Shown piece after piece: positions 1 through 8,195 of a stretch of 35,019 nt of DNA. Position numbers and translations under genes: made by a program. Position 1 is the first letter of the stretch. Each line of letters starts with the position of its first letter. The notes under the pieces were generated by a model, which made no database searches, had not been told where the DNA came from, and was given only the letters and a program-made list of their open reading frames with translations. Source of the DNA: Bacteroidia bacterium (GTDB lineage: Bacteria; Bacteroidota; Bacteroidia; B-17B0; Aurantibacillaceae). The DNA lies in the NCBI GenBank assembly GCA_050186555.1, contig JBFWYJ010000001.1, positions 1 through 35,019 on the forward strand. Direction: 5' to 3'.

Positions 1-799
1 TAAGTGCTTCTTCATTAAACTCAATCGGACAATCAATAATTATAGATGCCAGTTTTTTTGATTGAAAAGCAAGGTCTTTATTTAGTTCTACCTTTTCTTT
101 CATTTTTCCTTTTAGTTTATCCGTATTTTCGTACAAGCCTTCAATTGAGCCGTACGACTTGATGAATTGTATGGCCGTTTTTTCTCCCACTCCAGGTATT
201 CCCGGAATATTATCTACTTTATCACCCATTAAACCCAGAATATCTATCAATTGATTTACATTCTCTATCTCCCACTTTTTACAAATCTCATCAATACCTT
301 GAATTTCTGCGCCATTACCCATTCTTGCAGGTTTATATATGAACACGTTATCTGTAACTAATTGTCCATAATCTTTATCGGGCGTCATCATATAGGTAAT
401 GAATCCCTTTTCTTCTGCTTTTCTAGCCAATGTACCTATAAGATCATCCGCTTCATATCCCGGCAAACCGATTACTTCAATATTGAACCCCTTTATTAAA
501 TCAAAAATATACGGCAATGCTGCTTGCAAATCTTCAGGCATTTCTTCACGATTTGCTTTGTAAGATTCAAATTCTATATGACGCTGAGTAGGTTCTTCTG
601 TATCAAAAACGACTGCAATATGAGTTGGTTTTTCTTTGTTTAATATTTCCAATAAGGTGTTACAAAAGCCAAAAATAGCAGATGTATTAAGCCCTTTGGA
701 ATTAATTCTTGGGTTGTTGCTAAATGCAAAATAAGCTCTGTAAATTAGAGCAAACGCATCGAGTAAAAATAATTTCTTATCTGTTTCCTTTGAAAGCAT
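1..799 (-). CDS. polA: DNA polymerase I, N-terminal 5'-3' exonuclease domain (partial, runs off the left edge)
   Basis: Not in the ORF track. Manual translation from ATG at 799: MLSKETDKKLFLLDAFALIYRAYFAFSNNPRINSKGLNTSAIFGF..., then YKANR, GYEADDLIGTLA, TPDKD and LMGDKVDNIPGIPGVGEKTA (helix-hairpin-helix), all PolA 5' nuclease motifs. Confidence 0.96.
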   Translation of the reverse strand, partial: MLSKETDKKLFLLDAFALIYRAYFAFSNNPRINSKGLNTSAIFGFCNTLLEILNKEKPTHIAVVFDTEEPTQRHIEFESYKANREEMPEDLQAALPYIFDLIKGFNIEVIGLPGYEADDLIGTLARKAEEKGFITYMMTPDKDYGQLVTDNVFIYKPARMGNGAEIQGIDEICKKWEIENVNQLIDILGLMGDKVDNIPGIPGVGEKTAIQFIKSYGSIEGLYENTDKLKGKMKEKVELNKDLAFQSKKLASIIIDCPIEFNEEAL

Positions 800-801
800 A
801 C

Positions 802-1344
802 TTAGTTCTTGGTTCTGTTAAATTGATTGATCACCTCAATAGCACTTGATTCATTAAGCTCTTTTCCATCTTCATATTTTTCGGCAATTGATTCGCTGCC
901 TTCCATAATTTTTGTTAGTTGTTTTGAGAATTTTTTGACATTGATGTCTTGCAATTTTTTCTCCCCTTCAATCAATAAATAATATTCATAAACATGATTT
1001 GTTTCATTCATTACTATCGCTTCAAATGCCGCTTTTAATAATGTTATGTGCCCATCAGTTAATCTCTCCAAAAAAACATCTTCATCATCCAGCTTCCATG
1101 AAATAAAGTTACGGCCTTCTACACCATATGCTTTAATTTTATTTGGCTTATAGTTCTTTTGCGCGCCATCTTTTGATTTGAATCCCGCTCTTTTAAACTT
1201 ATCGTAATCCTTTTTCGGATTTACTTTTATTTCGCCTTTTAATGTGTCTCCTTCTAATGTTACTACATAACCATTAACATAATTGATTTGCGATTTCAAG
1301 CCAAAGCTTAAAGAAAGCGCTAATGAGAAAAATAAAACCTTCAT
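802..1344 (-). CDS. Secreted hypothetical protein (Bacteroidota type)
   Basis: The ORF track starts at 1374, but the ATG at 1344 gives a clean signal peptide MKVLFFSLALSLSFGLKS|Q and has a -7-like box just upstream. The stop codon lies 2 nt before the polA ATG. Confidence 0.7.
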   Translation of the reverse strand: MKVLFFSLALSLSFGLKSQINYVNGYVVTLEGDTLKGEIKVNPKKDYDKFKRAGFKSKDGAQKNYKPNKIKAYGVEGRNFISWKLDDEDVFLERLTDGHITLLKAAFEAIVMNETNHVYEYYLLIEGEKKLQDINVKKFSKQLTKIMEGSESIAEKYEDGKELNESSAIEVINQFNRTKN

Positions 1345-1420
1345 AATACAAATTCGAGTATTAAAGAAACACAATTTTAAAAGAAGAATAAAGGAATGTT
1401 AGAAGACTGTGAACAACTAC

Positions 1421-2440
1421 TTACTCGTTATAGACAACCTCTAACAAGGTTTGACCTACGCCTTTCAATGTTTTTCTGTCGATAGTTGACAAATCATCTT
1501 TTGTTGTATGATGGTGTTCAAAAAAGTTATTTTTGAAGCCGTCATAATGTAAAATGTCAATTGTTGGTATTTGAATGATAGTGTTAATAAAACTATGATC
1601 ATCCGTCATTTCACCTGTCTCAATATCCAAAAAATAAGCGCCAGCTCCACTAATATCAGCGGCTTTCCAAACTTTATCAACAATGTCTTTGGCATAGAAC
1701 ATAGAAATACCTTCTTTAGGAAACTTTGCATCTGCAGCGCCAACCATATCTAACAATATCCCAAATTCTGCTGTATACCCAATTTTATGGGGATTCTTAC
1801 TCCAGTACTGAGAACCCAAACACCAAGTATCAGGCATTCCGCCGTTATCTCCATAATCCTCCAAATCAAAAAATATGATGTCTATTCCAATTTCCGGATT
1901 TTTTAAACTAATCTGTCTTGCAACTTCTAGTAAAACACCCACTCCGCTTGCGCCGTCGTTAACTCCGGGACACGGTTTTGATTTTAACTCGGGAATTAAT
2001 TCCTTTTCGCAAAATGGTCTGCTGTCAAAATGCGCACATAATAAAACACGCTTTGATTTTTCAGGTTGAAAAACCCCAATGACATTTTTAATTAACCAGG
2101 TTTTTCCATCGAAGGTTTTAGCATTTCCTTTTTGAATAATGACCTCAGCTCCAAACCGCTTAAGTTCCTTTTCATAATATGTAACTGCTGCCTCATGTGC
2201 TTTTGTGCCGGGAACACGCGGCCCCATGTCTGATTGCACTTTAATGTATTGAAAAGCAGAATCTTCATTAAACACGGGCGGTATTACTCGCGGTTTTTTA
2301 TTTACTGTTATGTTCTGCCCTGTAGTGGTAGTTGTTGTGTTATTATCTACAACAGGTTCTGGCTCACAAGCAACAAATAATGCTGTCACAAGTACAAAAG
2401 ATAAAATACTTTTGATTAAATGTATTGCTATATTGTCCAT
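1421..2440 (-). CDS. M28-family lipoprotein, probable Bacteroidota glutaminyl-peptide cyclotransferase (glutaminyl cyclase)
   Basis: Lipobox LFVAC and a Thr-rich linker. M28 zinc motifs AHFDSR, GVNDGASGV, DLEDYG, LLDMVG, DDH and HHT. Overlaps the cysS 3' end by 13 nt. Confidence 0.8.
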   Translation of the reverse strand: MDNIAIHLIKSILSFVLVTALFVACEPEPVVDNNTTTTTTGQNITVNKKPRVIPPVFNEDSAFQYIKVQSDMGPRVPGTKAHEAAVTYYEKELKRFGAEVIIQKGNAKTFDGKTWLIKNVIGVFQPEKSKRVLLCAHFDSRPFCEKELIPELKSKPCPGVNDGASGVGVLLEVARQISLKNPEIGIDIIFFDLEDYGDNGGMPDTWCLGSQYWSKNPHKIGYTAEFGILLDMVGAADAKFPKEGISMFYAKDIVDKVWKAADISGAGAYFLDIETGEMTDDHSFINTIIQIPTIDILHYDGFKNNFFEHHHTTKDDLSTIDRKTLKGVGQTLLEVVYNE

Positions 2441-3894
2441 GTACTTCCTTCCTTACTGTCTTTAATTTTAATTCCGGCACTCACTAATTGGTCTCTTAAT
2501 TCATCGCTCATTGTAAAATTCTTCTCAGCTTTTGCTTTGTTTCGTAATTCAAGAACAATATTTACCACCTTGTCTAATAAATCATTTGAACTTGATTGCT
2601 GTGTTTCAAATTTCAATCCACAAACATCGAAAAGAAAATGATGAAACAACTTTTTTATTTGCTCCAGGTCAGATTCCGTGAGCTCTAATTTTCCGTCATT
2701 TGCAGAATTAATGATTCTGGTTAATTCAAACATTTGTGCAATTAAAACCGATGTATTAAAATCATCATTCATTGCTGCGTAGCAGGCTTTCTCTATTTCA
2801 AGAATGTTTTCTGATGATCGACTACTTGGTTTTAACTGTAGTAAAGTTTTATAAGCGTCAGATAAACGAGAAAAAGCTTTCTCTGCCGCAGAAAGTGCCT
2901 CATTACTGAAGTCTAAGGTGCTTCTATAATGCGTTTGTAACATAAAAAACCTCACCACCATTGGGTCATAGCCTTTGTCCAATAGCGGATGGTTACCGCT
3001 AAACAATTCACCGGGTAAAAAACTATTTCCTAAGCTTTTACTCATCTTTTGTCCGTTTACAGTTAACATGTTGGTGTGCATCCAGTATTTGGCAGGTGAT
3101 TTACCACAACAAGCAATGTTTTGTGCAATCTCATTGGTATGATGAGTAGGTGCTAAATCCATGCCCCCGCCATGAATATCGAATGAATCGCCCAAATATT
3201 TCCTACTCATAGCGCTGCATTCGATATGCCATCCGGGAAAGCCTTTTCCCCACTTGCTTGACCACTGCATAATATGCTCCGGTTTCGCTTTTATCCATAA
3301 TGCAAAATCCAATCTTCCCTTCTTTTGATTTTGCCCATCGAGCTCTCTTGTGTTTTCCAAAAGTTCTTCCAATTTACGCCCGGTAAGCGCCGTGTAATTG
3401 TGTTCTTTTGCAAATTTTTCTACATCAAAATAGACCGTTCCATCGACCTCATAAGCATAACCATTCTCAATGATTTGTTGAGCCATTTCCTGCTGTTCAA
3501 TGATATGTCCGGTTGCTGTTGGCTCAATACTTGGAGGTAAGCAGTTAAACATTTGCATAACCTGATGAAAATCTACAGTGTATGTTTGAACGATTTCCAT
3601 AGGTTCTAATTGTTCCAGCTTTGCTTTTTTTGAAATTTTGTCTTCACCAATGTCTCCATCTCCTTCCAAATGACCCGCATCCGTTATATTTCTGACGTAG
3701 CGCACTTTATAATCCAAGTGAAGGAGATAACGATAGATAATGTCAAAAGAAATAAATGTCCTGCAATTTCCTAAATGGACATCACTATATACAGTTGGGC
3801 CGCAAACATACATTCCTACATAAGGAGCATTAAGCGGTATAAATTCTTCTTTTCTTCTAGAAAGTGTATTATATATTTTTAGTTCAGATGACAT
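2428..3894 (-). CDS. cysS: Cysteine--tRNA ligase
   Basis: YVCGPTVY, HLGN (HIGH), GFPGWHIECSAM, DIHGGGMDL and KMSKS motifs. Confidence 0.98.
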   Translation of the reverse strand: MSSELKIYNTLSRRKEEFIPLNAPYVGMYVCGPTVYSDVHLGNCRTFISFDIIYRYLLHLDYKVRYVRNITDAGHLEGDGDIGEDKISKKAKLEQLEPMEIVQTYTVDFHQVMQMFNCLPPSIEPTATGHIIEQQEMAQQIIENGYAYEVDGTVYFDVEKFAKEHNYTALTGRKLEELLENTRELDGQNQKKGRLDFALWIKAKPEHIMQWSSKWGKGFPGWHIECSAMSRKYLGDSFDIHGGGMDLAPTHHTNEIAQNIACCGKSPAKYWMHTNMLTVNGQKMSKSLGNSFLPGELFSGNHPLLDKGYDPMVVRFFMLQTHYRSTLDFSNEALSAAEKAFSRLSDAYKTLLQLKPSSRSSENILEIEKACYAAMNDDFNTSVLIAQMFELTRIINSANDGKLELTESDLEQIKKLFHHFLFDVCGLKFETQQSSSNDLLDKVVNIVLELRNKAKAEKNFTMSDELRDQLVSAGIKIKDSKEGSTWTI

Positions 3895-3899
3895 TGAGA

Positions 3900-3907
3900 C
3901 AAAGATT
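3900..3907 (-). promoter_or_regulatory. Candidate Bacteroidota -7 promoter box for cysS
   Basis: AATCTTTG on the minus strand (one mismatch to TAnnTTTG), 5 nt before the ATG. Confidence 0.45.
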
Positions 3908-3923
3908 GGAATAAATTAAGAAT

Positions 3924-3948
3924 AAAAAAAGACGGATTTCTCCGTCTT
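3924..3948 (-). terminator. Intrinsic terminator after the 3973-4887 gene
   Basis: 8-bp stem aagacgga-tttc-tccgtctt. The A-run on its left is a U-tract on the minus strand. Confidence 0.8.
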
Positions 3949-3972
3949 CATAATATACCAAATGCTTCGCTT

Positions 3973-4887
3973 TTAATTTTCAATCGTGCCATCGCCAACG
4001 TAAATACCATTTTTATAAATAGCCACTCTTGTAAGAATTCCGTTTTCATTATAGATATAGGCTTTCCCTTCCATTAATCGATTATTCTTAAACAAACCAT
4101 CTTTGCTAATTTGCTTGTTTTTGTTGTACAGTATGTGTTTCCCATTTAAAATTTTTGAAACTGACGCTGTCGTTTTAATGTTTTCCTCTTCATCTTTTTT
4201 AACAACGGTTTCAGATTTGGCAGGAGCCAATTTTTCTTCTTTTTCGAAGACATACAGTGGTTTCTTTGGTTCAAAAGTTTCTATGGACGCTGTATTTACG
4301 TTTCCGCCATTGAACTCTTTATAACCTTTTCTATCACCATTATCATAATATTCTTTGAATAGGCCTTCTTCCCTGCCATTAACGAAGTTTCCTTCCAAGG
4401 CTAATTCGCCATTCTCATAGTAATAGGATTGATATCCATCTCTTCTTCCTGCAGAATTATACTTAAAACTGTGTTGAACCTGACCATTCTCATAATAAGA
4501 TGAATAATTGCCAACCCATTTATTTATGCTCCACATTCCCTCCTCTTTTTTATTACCATTCTCATAATACATTACAGAAAAGCCATTTGGTCTGCCGTTT
4601 AAGAAAGTAATTTGGTTCTTTAAATTTCCATTACAATAATACTCCATCCAATTGCCCTGCTTTCTGTTATCTTGGTATTTTCCTTCATCAATTTTTTGAT
4701 TGGCTTGGTAACAAGTGCCAGGTTTGTTTTTGCCGTATGTGATCCACTTCCCTTGTTTCTTGCCGCTTTTATCAATCATGTTTAAGGTGTCCTTCCCGTT
4801 GTTAACAATTTCATAAGATTGGCTATACGTTGTTAAACTTGATAAAACTGAAAGACAGAAAATTATCGATTTAAAACTTCTTCTCAT
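3973..4887 (-). CDS. Secreted MORN-variant repeat protein (YwqK-like), paralog 2
   Basis: Signal peptide ending TYS|Q. Repeated YYENG..EG.F.NG..G units. Confidence 0.85.
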   Translation of the reverse strand: MRRSFKSIIFCLSVLSSLTTYSQSYEIVNNGKDTLNMIDKSGKKQGKWITYGKNKPGTCYQANQKIDEGKYQDNRKQGNWMEYYCNGNLKNQITFLNGRPNGFSVMYYENGNKKEEGMWSINKWVGNYSSYYENGQVQHSFKYNSAGRRDGYQSYYYENGELALEGNFVNGREEGLFKEYYDNGDRKGYKEFNGGNVNTASIETFEPKKPLYVFEKEEKLAPAKSETVVKKDEEENIKTTASVSKILNGKHILYNKNKQISKDGLFKNNRLMEGKAYIYNENGILTRVAIYKNGIYVGDGTIEN

Positions 4888-4904
4888 TTGGCGTTTGCTT
4901 ATTC

Positions 4905-4912
4905 CAAATCTA
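4905..4912 (-). promoter_or_regulatory. Candidate -7 promoter box
   Basis: TAGATTTG on the minus strand, 17 nt upstream of the ATG at 4887. Confidence 0.55.
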
Positions 4913-4963
4913 AAAAAATAGTTTTAGGAATCAAATTTTTGTAATAAACACTTGAATGTCAAT

Positions 4964-4987
4964 AAAAAAGCCCCGAAAATCGGGGCT
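4964..4987 (-). terminator. Intrinsic terminator after the 5007-5900 gene
   Basis: GC-rich stem agccccga-aaa-tcggggct followed by a U-run on the minus strand. Confidence 0.85.
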
Positions 4988-5006
4988 AAAATTAAATTCC
5001 TATTTG

Positions 5007-5900
5007 TTAATTCTCTATGGGTGCATCGCCCGCGTAGATACCATCTTTATAAACAGCTATTCGCGTTAAAATTCCATTATCGTTGTAGATGTATGCTTTC
5101 CCATCCATCAAACGGTTGTTTTTGAAAACCCCATCCTTAGTAATTTGCTTATTTCTATTATATAGCGTATGCTGACCATTCAAAATTTGTGGCCCCTTTT
5201 TGGCAACCGCTTCATTTGGCTTTTCGTCTTTGTTTACAACAACTTTAGGGGCATTGTCTATAGGGTCATCAGACTTCTTGACTAAAGGCTTTTTTGGCTG
5301 GTATTCTTTTATAGAAGCAACATCAACAGTCCCATTAGCAAAATTCTTCTCTGCTTTTATATCTCCATTTTCGTAGAACTCCTTAATTACACCAGACTCT
5401 TTGCCATTTGCGAAATTTCCTTCAATTGCTACCTGCCCATTATCATAAAAATAAGTTTGCGGCCCATCTCTTTTACCAGCAGTATTAAATACAAACTCAT
5501 GCTGAACCTGTCCATTCTCATAATATAATTTATACTTCCCAACCCACTTATTCACCTGCCAATTGCCTTCTTCACTGATCTTCCCGTTCTCATGATACAT
5601 AATAGCGTATCCGTTAGGTCTTCCATTCACAAATGTCAATTTGTTTTTCATATTACCATTGCAGTAATATTCTACCCAAACATCAATCTTGCGGTTATTG
5701 GTGTATTTACCTTCCTCAATCTTTTGTTCAGGCTGGTAACACGTACCAGGTTTATGCCTTCCCCGAACAATCCATTTGCCTTGCTTCTTCCCTGTCGCAT
5801 CGATCTTATTGACCGTATCCCCACCTTCCATCTCCCATGACTGAGACTGAGCAGAAGCTACCAGCGAAATGATTAAACAAAATGGTAATAATCTCTTCAT
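5007..5900 (-). CDS. Secreted MORN-variant repeat protein (YwqK-like), paralog 1
   Basis: Signal peptide ending ASA|Q. MORN-variant repeats. Collinear with the 3973-4887 protein end to end. Confidence 0.85.
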   Translation of the reverse strand: MKRLLPFCLIISLVASAQSQSWEMEGGDTVNKIDATGKKQGKWIVRGRHKPGTCYQPEQKIEEGKYTNNRKIDVWVEYYCNGNMKNKLTFVNGRPNGYAIMYHENGKISEEGNWQVNKWVGKYKLYYENGQVQHEFVFNTAGKRDGPQTYFYDNGQVAIEGNFANGKESGVIKEFYENGDIKAEKNFANGTVDVASIKEYQPKKPLVKKSDDPIDNAPKVVVNKDEKPNEAVAKKGPQILNGQHTLYNRNKQITKDGVFKNNRLMDGKAYIYNDNGILTRIAVYKDGIYAGDAPIEN

Positions 5901-5905
5901 TATCT

Positions 5906-5913
5906 CAAATTTA
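5906..5913 (-). promoter_or_regulatory. Candidate -7 promoter box
   Basis: TAAATTTG on the minus strand, a perfect TAnnTTTG, 5 nt before the ATG at 5900. Confidence 0.6.
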
Positions 5914-6044
5914 ATATGTTAATTAAACTTTAAAAACCTTTTTAGCTCAAACTTGCTTTTTCATCGATGAGCAATTGGCTAATTCTTAGATAATTCTACG
6001 TGAAGAAGTTTAATTTGGTTACAAGATAAGTAAAAAAATATTTT

Positions 6045-6995
6045 TTACAGTTTTTTCTTGATATTTTCCAGCATTGCAGTCGTTAATCCGCTAAGGCCGT
6101 AGGTTTCAGCCCATCCCCAGTGATTTCTGGCCTCAGAATCGTCGATAGATTTTGGCCAACTGTCGGCAATTTGCTGTCTAAAATCGGGTTTGAAAGAAAT
6201 GTTAAATTCCGGGATATGGGTCTTTATTGCGTCTGCCAGCTCCTTTGGATTGAAAGAAAGGCCGGCGAGATTATAGCTACTTCTGATTTTTATTTTATCA
6301 GCGGGGGCCTCCATAATGTTAACTGTAGCTCTGATAGCGTCTTCCATGCACATCATCGGTAATGTAGTGTCTTCTGATAGAAAACATTCATATTTCTTAT
6401 TTTTTAATGCCTCATAAAAAATATGAACTGCATAATCCGTTGTTCCTCCTCCCGGTGCACTCTTCCAGCCAATTAAACCGGGATACCTTATACTTCTTAC
6501 ATCTACACCGAACTTATTAAAATACCACTCACACCATCTTTCACCCGCTTGTTTGCTAATGCCATATATCGTGCTCGGCTCCATTACAGTATACTGTGGT
6601 GTATTCTCCTTAGGGGTGGTTGGTCCAAATACAGCAATTGAACTTGGCCAGTATAGTTTATTGATATGTTTCTCTTTGGCTAAGTCTAAAACATGAAATA
6701 AACTCTCCATATTTAATTTCCAAGCAAACATTGGGTTTTGTTCGCCGGTTGCGGAAAGCATAGCGGCTAAGTGATATACTTGAGTAACACCTTGCTTCTT
6801 TACTATGTCAAAAAGTTTTGTTTTATCTAACGCGTCTAATACTTCAAAGGGGTTGTTCGGAAAAACTCCTGTTTCTTTAATATCGGAAGGAATTACATTG
6901 TCATTTCCATGTATATTGGATAAATATTCGGTTAACTCTACACCAATTTGTCCACCTGCTCCGATGATTAAAATTTTCTCTGCTTTACCAGCCAT
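6045..6995 (-). CDS. L-threonine 3-dehydrogenase (extended SDR / GalE-like type)
   Basis: GAGGQIG Rossmann motif, LSATGE, YGISK (YxxxK) and PGGGTTDY, typical of SDR-type ThrDH. Confidence 0.85.
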   Translation of the reverse strand: MAGKAEKILIIGAGGQIGVELTEYLSNIHGNDNVIPSDIKETGVFPNNPFEVLDALDKTKLFDIVKKQGVTQVYHLAAMLSATGEQNPMFAWKLNMESLFHVLDLAKEKHINKLYWPSSIAVFGPTTPKENTPQYTVMEPSTIYGISKQAGERWCEWYFNKFGVDVRSIRYPGLIGWKSAPGGGTTDYAVHIFYEALKNKKYECFLSEDTTLPMMCMEDAIRATVNIMEAPADKIKIRSSYNLAGLSFNPKELADAIKTHIPEFNISFKPDFRQQIADSWPKSIDDSEARNHWGWAETYGLSGLTTAMLENIKKKL

Positions 6996-7030
6996 ATGCG
7001 ATAATATTGCCTGTTACGAAAAGTTATTTG

Positions 7031-7038
7031 TACCTTTG
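7031..7038 (+). promoter_or_regulatory. Candidate -7 promoter box for the trhO operon
   Basis: TACCTTTG, a perfect TAnnTTTG, about 80 nt upstream of the ATG at 7119. Confidence 0.6.
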
Positions 7039-7118
7039 CAAACGTAAGTATTTAAAAGTATTTTTAAAACTTTTATTTGCTTCAGAAGATAATATAACCT
7101 GCAATTATTTTTATCATT

Positions 7119-8195
7119 ATGAGCCTACTTGTAAACAGGATTGATAAGAACATCCTAAAACAAAAATTAAAGGAAGAAACCTTTAACCGACAAACGATAT
7201 CTTTTTATCGTTATGTAAACATTTTAAACCCTGAAAGCTTAAGAGATGAACTTTACCAAATGTGGAGTGAGCTAAATTGCTTTGGCAGAATTTATTTGGC
7301 CAAAGAGGGAATTAATGCGCAAATGAGTGTGCCGGAACACAACTGGGACATGTTTGTAGAAAAGCTTTATGGATTAACTTATTTCAAAGAAGTCCCATTT
7401 AAACATGCAGTTGACGGCAATGGAAAATCTTTTTATAAACTTATAGTAAAAGTTCGAGATAAAATTGTAGCGGACGGGATTGATGAAAAAGATTTTGATC
7501 CATCAAATACTGGAGAATATTTAGATGCAAAAGGATTTAACCAGGCACTGAATGACCCGGAAACTATTGTTGTTGACATGCGCAATCACTATGAAAGCGA
7601 AGTTGGCCGTTTTGAGGGGGCTTTTTGTCCTGATGCAGACACATTCAGAGAAGAGCTGCCTTTGGTAGTTGAGCATTTAAAAGGTAAAGAAGATAAAAAA
7701 GTACTAATGTATTGCACAGGAGGTATCCGATGTGAGAAAGCTAGCGCTTATCTAAAACATAAAGGATTTAAAGACGTGCATCATCTTCACGGCGGTATCA
7801 TACAATATGCAAAGGAAGTCAAAGAACAAGGCCTTGAAAGCAAATTTAAAGGTGTCAATTTTGTTTTTGACGAAAGAATAGGAGAAAGAATTACAAATGA
7901 TGTCTTAAGCACTTGTCATCAGTGTGGCAAACCTTGTGACACACATGTGAATTGTAAAAACGATGATTGTCACTTGTTATTTATTCAATGTGAAGAATGC
8001 GCTAATAAAATGGATGGATGTTGTACTAACCAATGCAAAAATATTTACCATCTTCCTATCGAAGAACAAAGAGCTTTGCGCAAAGGCCGCATAAAAAACG
8101 GACCGGAATGCTTATCTGTTTACAAAAGCAGATTGAGGCCTAATTTGAAAACAATATTAGAAAGGAAAGATTTAATAACATTAAAACAAGAATGA
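7119..8195 (+). CDS. trhO: Rhodanese-domain tRNA uridine(34) hydroxylase (YceA/TrhO family)
   Basis: GRIYLAKEGINAQ, DMRNHYE, YCTGGIRCEKA, LHGGIIQY, NFVFDER and a Cys-rich C-terminal zinc domain. Confidence 0.93.
   Translation: MSLLVNRIDKNILKQKLKEETFNRQTISFYRYVNILNPESLRDELYQMWSELNCFGRIYLAKEGINAQMSVPEHNWDMFVEKLYGLTYFKEVPFKHAVDGNGKSFYKLIVKVRDKIVADGIDEKDFDPSNTGEYLDAKGFNQALNDPETIVVDMRNHYESEVGRFEGAFCPDADTFREELPLVVEHLKGKEDKKVLMYCTGGIRCEKASAYLKHKGFKDVHHLHGGIIQYAKEVKEQGLESKFKGVNFVFDERIGERITNDVLSTCHQCGKPCDTHVNCKNDDCHLLFIQCEECANKMDGCCTNQCKNIYHLPIEEQRALRKGRIKNGPECLSVYKSRLRPNLKTILERKDLITLKQE

Noticed and set aside
1345-1374. Longer start (MCFFNTRICI...) for the 802 ORF
   Set aside because: The ATG at 1344 gives a canonical signal peptide, and the extension overlaps a promoter-like box.
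3973-5900. Toxin-antitoxin system suggested by YwqK-like similarity
   Set aside because: No toxin gene is adjacent, both proteins have signal peptides, and the similarity reflects generic MORN-variant repeats.
5953-5974. Imperfect palindrome ttgctttttcatcgatgagcaa downstream of the threonine dehydrogenase gene
   Set aside because: Weak stem with no clear U-tract or second copy, so a terminator or operator call cannot be supported.
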